Positions 58,749 through 64,000 of a stretch of DNA of 64,000 nucleotides are shown here, in pieces. Positions within the stretch are counted from its first letter, which is position 1. The number at the start of each line of letters is the position of its first letter. A model generated the notes under the pieces. That model worked only from the letters and a program-made list of their open reading frames with translations, searched no databases and was not told the DNA's origin. The stretch is taken from the NCBI GenBank assembly GCA_965218425.1, contig OZ244621.1:3424001-3488000 (forward strand), read 5' to 3'. This stretch comes from an uncultured Candidatus Binatia bacterium (GTDB lineage Bacteria; Desulfobacterota; Binatia; UBA9968; CAXXLF01). A program made the translations under genes and the position numbers.

Positions 58749-61577
58749 TTATTCTGGGAAGTAGTAGGCTTCTTCCGCGGGTTTATACGCCCGCAGCAAC
58801 CAGAGGGGGCGGCGCAGGTTATCGGGACCTGGGGCAGGCCGGGCGCTCACAAGCCATCGTTTGTAAACCTCGTGGGCTTTATCGGTATCGACGAAAATAT
58901 CCCCGTAGCGATCTCCCTTCTGCGGGAGTTCCAACCTCACTTTTTGGTGCCAACAGTGCTGTCCACTGATAAAGTCGGGCTGCACAGGGAAGGTCAGGTT
59001 TTGATGAACGCCGCCGTCCTCCCACCAGATGCGTTCCGAATCAGGGTCGTCGCTCTTGAAGGGCCGCACGCCGTGAACCTGGCGCATCATCCATTTCCCG
59101 GGGCCGATTTGTTTTAGGTTGACGAGGGCCGACGACCAATGGGCGCCGCCGGTATCTTCCTGTAAGCGCCACCTGCCGAGATGGTGCGAGCAGGCAACGA
59201 CTCCGGGTCGGATCCCTTCGGTTACCCACACCTTGTCGATAAAATAGCCGATCTCCGTGTGAACCTTAAGCAAATCTCCCGTGCGGACCCCGAACTTTTC
59301 AGCGTCCTTGGAATGGATCCACAAGGGATTCTTATGTGAAATCTCATAGAGCCATTTGGCATTGCCGGACCGGCTGTGGATCAAAGTAGGGAGACGAAAA
59401 GTGGGGAGGAGCAACATCTCCCCTTTGTCCCGATCGATGTTGTCCCGGTGTACCTGGCTCTTGATGTAACCGGGTATGGCATGCTCGGGCCATTTCCAGT
59501 GCTTCAGGGTCTTGGAATAGAATTCCAACTTTCGTGATGGCGTGGGAAACCCGACTTGGGCACTCCCATTAACCTCAACCCCGATAGGTGTACCCTCCCT
59601 ACGAATAACCCCGGTGACAGGGTCTACCTGACTCCCTTCGAGGGCCTTGGCGTCCAGGGTTGTCTTGTTGGATTGGTAAACTTGATCCTCTATTAGAAAA
59701 GCGCCGTACTTCCGCATGTATTGCAATGGTTTCATTCCCTCTTTGCTGGCTGCTTCCGGAAGCCCCGGGACGCTGTTTTCGAAGATCCAACCGTAGTAAT
59801 CGTCAACTGTCAGCTTCTCGCCGGGACGATAGGGGGATTCGAAATATTTGCGAATTCCCATTGAGCCATCAGGGTCGATGCGCCATGAAAGTTCGATCCA
59901 GAACTCGTCCTCTTCCCACACCTCACCCAATCCAGCCTCACCGTGAGCCTCGTAGGTTGTGTTGAACGTTTTACCCTCCTTTTCGAGGGCCACGCGCAGC
60001 ACCGGTTGCCGGAAACCGATCCACTTTGCGGCGTGGGTCTCTTGGCTCATCAGATCGTGGCGTTCGGACGCAAACCCCATGGGAAGAACATAATCGGCAA
60101 ACCATGCCGTTTCACTCCAGGTGGGTGTGAGGCAGGCGTGACGTTCCACTTTGCTTTCGTCACACAAGGCTTCGATCCAGGTCATTCCATCGGGATTGGT
60201 CCACACCGGATTGTAGACGCGGGTGAAGTAGGCGGCCAGCTTACCACGCCCCTCTTTGAGGAAGTGGGGAAGGAGAAAGCTCATTTCGAAGAAGGCCAGT
60301 GGATACTCTCGAGGATACATCATCTCGTTCCAGATCTTCGGCGGTGGTGGCATCAAGGGGGGAGCCGGGATGAATTTGTTCCAGACGTTGGGAGCCGTGC
60401 CGCCGGGAGTTCCTACGGCGCCAACCAGGACAACGAGAAATTCCAACGCCCGGGCCACTTCCCAGCCGCCCAGATTGCCCGCGGCGGCATTGCGCCATAC
60501 ATGGGTGGACAGAGCCGATCCTGCGCGTCCAATCTCCCGCGCTACCTCGGTGATCTGTTCTGGCCGGACGCCGGACTCCTTAGCGGCAAACTCAACGGTG
60601 TATTGGCCATAGAGCTGTTTCAAAAGCTCGATGAAGGTGTCGAAGGTCTGTGGTTTGTCGGAGTGTTCCTCCCGCAGGTACTCTTGCCAGTTGACCCATT
60701 GTTTTAAGAATTCACGTTCGTAGAGGTCTTCCCGGAGAATGATGTTGCACATGGCGAGCAGCAAGGCCGCCTCGCTACCGGGCCAACTCGACAGCCAGTA
60801 ATCGGCCTTCGAGGCGGTGTTGGACAGACGGGTGTCAATGACGCATATCTTTGTACCCTTGTTGTTCTTTCCTTCGATGATTCTCTGGGCGTGGGGGTTG
60901 AAGTAGTGTCCCGTCTCCAAATGGGAGCTCAAGAGGAGGATGAATCGTGCATTGGAATGGTCCGGGGAGGGACGATCGATGCCGCACCACAAGGCGTAAC
61001 CCGCACGGGCTCCAGCGGAACAAACGTTGGTGTGGCTATTGTGTCCGTCCAGGCCCCAGGCGTGGAAGATCCTTTGATGATACAACAGTTCGTGACCCGG
61101 GCGGCCTACGTGGTACATGATCTCATTGTGGCGATTTTCCTGAATGGCCTTGCGGATTCGATTCGCCAGATCGTTTAAGACTTCGTCCCAGGTCACCCGC
61201 TCCCATTTCCCCTCGCCTCGTTTTCCCACTCTCTTTAACGGGTAGTGAATTCGCTCGGAGTCATGGATCTGGTTGATGGTAGCCGGTCCCTTGGCACAGT
61301 TGCGGCCTCGGCTGCCGGGATGCTCCGGGTTGCCTTCGAATTTTCGAATCCCGTGAGTCTCTTTATCCACGTAGGCCAGAAGCCCGCACCCTGCCTCGCA
61401 GTTGAAGCAGATGGTGGGAATAAGGGAGTAGTGCTTCTCAACTCTCTTTGGCCATTGGGCGCTGTCGTACTCCACCCAGTCATTCCAACGTTCAGGTGGA
61501 GGGAAATGGGCGAGCCCGCCGGCGGAAGATTCGAGTCCCGCGACCGCAGGATTGAGGGGTTGTGGTATCTGCTTCAT
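58749..61577 (-). CDS. Mo/W-bisPGD oxidoreductase catalytic subunit (DMSO reductase superfamily, Psr/Phs/Soe-like), no Tat signal
   Basis: CFNCEAGC...CAKG [4Fe-4S] motif, PLKRVGKRGEGKWERVTWDE, HTNVCS, SETAWFADYVLP, FPTPSRKLEF, molydop-binding C-terminal domain. Confidence 0.9.
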   Translation of the reverse strand: MKQIPQPLNPAVAGLESSAGGLAHFPPPERWNDWVEYDSAQWPKRVEKHYSLIPTICFNCEAGCGLLAYVDKETHGIRKFEGNPEHPGSRGRNCAKGPATINQIHDSERIHYPLKRVGKRGEGKWERVTWDEVLNDLANRIRKAIQENRHNEIMYHVGRPGHELLYHQRIFHAWGLDGHNSHTNVCSAGARAGYALWCGIDRPSPDHSNARFILLLSSHLETGHYFNPHAQRIIEGKNNKGTKICVIDTRLSNTASKADYWLSSWPGSEAALLLAMCNIILREDLYEREFLKQWVNWQEYLREEHSDKPQTFDTFIELLKQLYGQYTVEFAAKESGVRPEQITEVAREIGRAGSALSTHVWRNAAAGNLGGWEVARALEFLVVLVGAVGTPGGTAPNVWNKFIPAPPLMPPPPKIWNEMMYPREYPLAFFEMSFLLPHFLKEGRGKLAAYFTRVYNPVWTNPDGMTWIEALCDESKVERHACLTPTWSETAWFADYVLPMGFASERHDLMSQETHAAKWIGFRQPVLRVALEKEGKTFNTTYEAHGEAGLGEVWEEDEFWIELSWRIDPDGSMGIRKYFESPYRPGEKLTVDDYYGWIFENSVPGLPEAASKEGMKPLQYMRKYGAFLIEDQVYQSNKTTLDAKALEGSQVDPVTGVIRREGTPIGVEVNGSAQVGFPTPSRKLEFYSKTLKHWKWPEHAIPGYIKSQVHRDNIDRDKGEMLLLPTFRLPTLIHSRSGNAKWLYEISHKNPLWIHSKDAEKFGVRTGDLLKVHTEIGYFIDKVWVTEGIRPGVVACSHHLGRWRLQEDTGGAHWSSALVNLKQIGPGKWMMRQVHGVRPFKSDDPDSERIWWEDGGVHQNLTFPVQPDFISGQHCWHQKVRLELPQKGDRYGDIFVDTDKAHEVYKRWLVSARPAPGPDNLRRPLWLLRAYKPAEEAYYFPE

Positions 61578-61591
61578 TAAATATTCCTTCC

Positions 61592-63172
61592 TCAACTCAG
61601 AGGAACCGCTTGGCCTGCCTTGATCCAGAGATCCTCAAAAACCCAAAGTCCAAACAAAGCTAGACCTGAGGCTGCAATCTGAAATAGTTGAGTTGTGCCG
61701 TCCCGGGATGCAGGCATTAAAAGGAGGATGAGGGGGAGAATGATTCCCGCTCCAATTACCAGTCCCCAGAAGCTCCGGCTCAGGGCGCCTTTCTTCAAGA
61801 GACTCATTGCGCGTCTACTCTCCTCGCTCCGGTGCGGTAGGAACATTTCGGCCAAGATCAATGCAAAGCCGAGGGTTAGAGAAAGGCCAAGGATATTAGA
61901 AAGTAAGCCGGTCACACCGGAGTCCGGCGGCAACAGAAAGGCGAACAGGATGAGAGTGGCCGCCCCAGCAATGGCCGCTTGAATGGTCAGGTGCCAGAAA
62001 AAGAGTCGACTCTGCCAGAGGTCACGTCCTTTGGCCTGCGCAAACAGAAACGCGGAGTAACCGGCAGAGCCAATGGCCAGGATCGCAGTTACCCAAGACA
62101 CAAGCGAAGGAACGGAACCAAACATGAAGGCGAAAACCAGCCAGAGAAAAGCGGTGACTCCATAAAGTAACAGGATGTAACCACCTAGCACGAGCCAGGA
62201 GCCGAGGTTGGGTTTAATCAGAATATAGAAAAACCTTTCGGGCCGCTTTAGGTCGAAGACCAGTAGCAATGCGGTCATGCCAATGAAGACAAGCGCTAAA
62301 ACTGGACTGGCAAAGTGAAGCAGCCCTTCGCCGTTGTAACCAAAGCCCAAAAGAACGGCTGCAACCAGAAGGGTGCCGGCACCGATAGATTTTGTCCATA
62401 GGTAAGAGGCAATCATTCTCCCCCAGAGTTGCGGGTGCGGCACATCGTAAACCTCAACCGCCACGCCCGATGCAATATTGGCATGTTTTTCTTTGAGCAA
62501 TGCGTTTAATTCTTCGCCGGGGTTGGAAGTGAGAGTCTCTCTTGCCACTGCAAAGCGGTCTTTACCTTGCTGTTTATCCCCCCAGAGATAGGTGCTTTGG
62601 GGCTCCATCTTCATCGGCTGCAGCAAGTCTCCGTCGACACCCACATAAAAAAGCTTTGGATTCGTTTCCTTCTCCGGTTTACGTACCTTGACTTCTTGTG
62701 TAGCTACGACTTTGCTGATGTGGCTGGCGGGATCGTCGAGGTCTCCGGATAGTATGGCTTGGGTAGGACAGATGATTTCGCAGGAGGGTTTCAATCCGGC
62801 CTCCACACGGTGCGCACAAAAGTTACATTTCGCAGCCGTTTGGGAGTTGGGTTCGATGTAGAGGGCATCGTAAGGACAGGCTTGCATGCAGGACTTGCAG
62901 CCGATGCAGAGGCGGTTATCAAAATCGACGATGCCGTTGGGGCGGCGAAAAAGGGCGCCGGTAGGGCAGATGCTCATGCATGGGGCATCCTCGCAGTGGT
63001 TACATCTCAGTACGGCAAAGTGACGTTTGGTTTCCGGAAATTCGCCTTTCTCAATATACTTGACCCATGTGCGGTTAACACCTATAGGAACATTATGCTC
63101 TTCCTTGCATGCCACCGTGCAAGCATGACATCCTATACAGCGATTTTGATCGATGACAAAACCGTAACGCAT
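61592..63172 (-). CDS. Fused 4x[4Fe-4S] electron-transfer subunit plus NrfD/PsrC membrane anchor
   Basis: CIGCHACTVAC, CNHCEDAPC..ICP, CIGCKSCMQACP, CNFC...C...CP; then W..MIASYLW, DLKRPERF, SWLV.G and about 8 TM helices. Confidence 0.9.
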   Translation of the reverse strand: MRYGFVIDQNRCIGCHACTVACKEEHNVPIGVNRTWVKYIEKGEFPETKRHFAVLRCNHCEDAPCMSICPTGALFRRPNGIVDFDNRLCIGCKSCMQACPYDALYIEPNSQTAAKCNFCAHRVEAGLKPSCEIICPTQAILSGDLDDPASHISKVVATQEVKVRKPEKETNPKLFYVGVDGDLLQPMKMEPQSTYLWGDKQQGKDRFAVARETLTSNPGEELNALLKEKHANIASGVAVEVYDVPHPQLWGRMIASYLWTKSIGAGTLLVAAVLLGFGYNGEGLLHFASPVLALVFIGMTALLLVFDLKRPERFFYILIKPNLGSWLVLGGYILLLYGVTAFLWLVFAFMFGSVPSLVSWVTAILAIGSAGYSAFLFAQAKGRDLWQSRLFFWHLTIQAAIAGAATLILFAFLLPPDSGVTGLLSNILGLSLTLGFALILAEMFLPHRSEESRRAMSLLKKGALSRSFWGLVIGAGIILPLILLLMPASRDGTTQLFQIAASGLALFGLWVFEDLWIKAGQAVPLS

Positions 63173-63310
63173 CTTTTGGCGGAAAACCTAGAGAGCAGAA
63201 AAGCAATAATTAACTAATCGAAGTAAGAAAGTTCCAATTTAAGCCTGGAAATACTAAAGAGTTCGAGGATCTATAGAGAAAATTTTGGGGGACGTCAAGA
63301 AGAAAAAAAT

Positions 63311-64000
63311 ATGCTCACAAGACAGGAGAACGATTTACTGACCCGGGTTGGTCCAGGAACCCCTGCGGGAAAACTTCTGCGTCGATACTGGCAACCCATG
63401 GCGCTCTGTGATGAGCTGCCTCAAGGGGGACCGCCGCTTCCCGTAAAAGTTTTAGGCGAGGAGCTCGTCTTGTTTCGCGATGACGAAGGGAGAGTGGGGT
63501 TACTGGGGTTGCACTGCGCTCATCGAGGGGCGGATCTGAGTTATGGGAGAGTAGAAGATGGTGGTTTGAGGTGTATCTACCATGGGTGGCTATATGACGT
63601 ACAAGGTCACTGTCTTGATCAACCCGGGGAGCCCAATGGAGGCGAACATCGCCAGTCTATTTGCCACCTTGCTTACCCCTGCGTAGAGAAGGCCGGTTTA
63701 GTTTTTTCGTACATGGGTCCTGGTGAGCCACCGCTCCTGCCAAACTATGAGGCCCTGACAGCTCCCGAAGACCGTCGGTTTATTCGGAAATACTATCAGG
63801 AATGCAGCTACCTCCAGGCCAATGAAGGGAATATCGACCCGGTTCACCTCTCGTTTCTCCATAGACAGTTTACCGAGAACTCAAACGATAGGAGGCAAGG
63901 ACTCGGTGTGGGGGGAACGGACTCAACGCCAGATAGTCTCTACAAAAACGATATCGCACCGTCCATCGAAGCAGAGGTGACCCGTTTCGGTGTGCGTATT
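63311..64000 (+). CDS. Rieske oxygenase, phthalate 4,5-dioxygenase-like (3' end outside window; absent from the ORF track)
   Basis: Manual translation: MLTRQENDLLTRVGPGTPAGKLLRRYWQP...HCAHRGADLSYGRVEDGGLRCIYHGW...CSYLQANEGNIDPVHLSFLH; open to the window end. Confidence 0.9.
   Translation, partial: MLTRQENDLLTRVGPGTPAGKLLRRYWQPMALCDELPQGGPPLPVKVLGEELVLFRDDEGRVGLLGLHCAHRGADLSYGRVEDGGLRCIYHGWLYDVQGHCLDQPGEPNGGEHRQSICHLAYPCVEKAGLVFSYMGPGEPPLLPNYEALTAPEDRRFIRKYYQECSYLQANEGNIDPVHLSFLHRQFTENSNDRRQGLGVGGTDSTPDSLYKNDIAPSIEAEVTRFGVRI

Noticed and set aside
34954..60707. Long antisense ORFs (e.g. 34954-35694, 37196-37807, 54702-55478, 59943-60707)
   Set aside because: They are shadows on the opposite strand of well-supported genes, with no recognisable motifs.

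Overview
A dense bacterial catabolic region of about 50 genes, with no rRNA, tRNA, CRISPR array or recognisable mobile element. It is dominated by aromatic/heterocycle-degradation enzymes and uptake systems present as paralogue families. Oxygenases: six Rieske alpha subunits (two with beta subunits, three tandem LigXa/phthalate-dioxygenase-like, one partial at the right edge), a DesZ/LigZ-type extradiol dioxygenase and a gentisate-type dioxygenase. Other enzymes: an NahE/PhdJ-like hydratase-aldolase, phthalate dihydrodiol dehydrogenase- and 4,5-dihydroxyphthalate decarboxylase-like proteins, five amidohydrolases, four small cupins and two ThDP enzymes. Transport: six Fe(III)/thiamine-type ABC binding proteins, and a TctA-TctB fusion with five TctC copies. 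There is also a Mo-bisPGD oxidoreductase with a fused FeS-NrfD partner. The main hidden feature is a PrdB/GrdB-family selenoprotein (42651-43496, minus strand) that the ORF track splits at an in-frame UGA: it reads U-P-Y-C, has a SECIS-like hairpin, and lies in a catabolic operon with no PrdA in the window. Other signals include a tail-to-tail deletion fusion of two decayed genes, a 76-bp remnant of a lost ferritin-like paralogue, mosaic tandem paralogues, and face-to-face sigma70 promoters around a perfect 12-bp inverted repeat. Family calls come from motifs and remembered family sequences, not database searches. The paralogue-expansion style resembles Binatota/Tectomicrobia/SAR202-type genomes (inference only).
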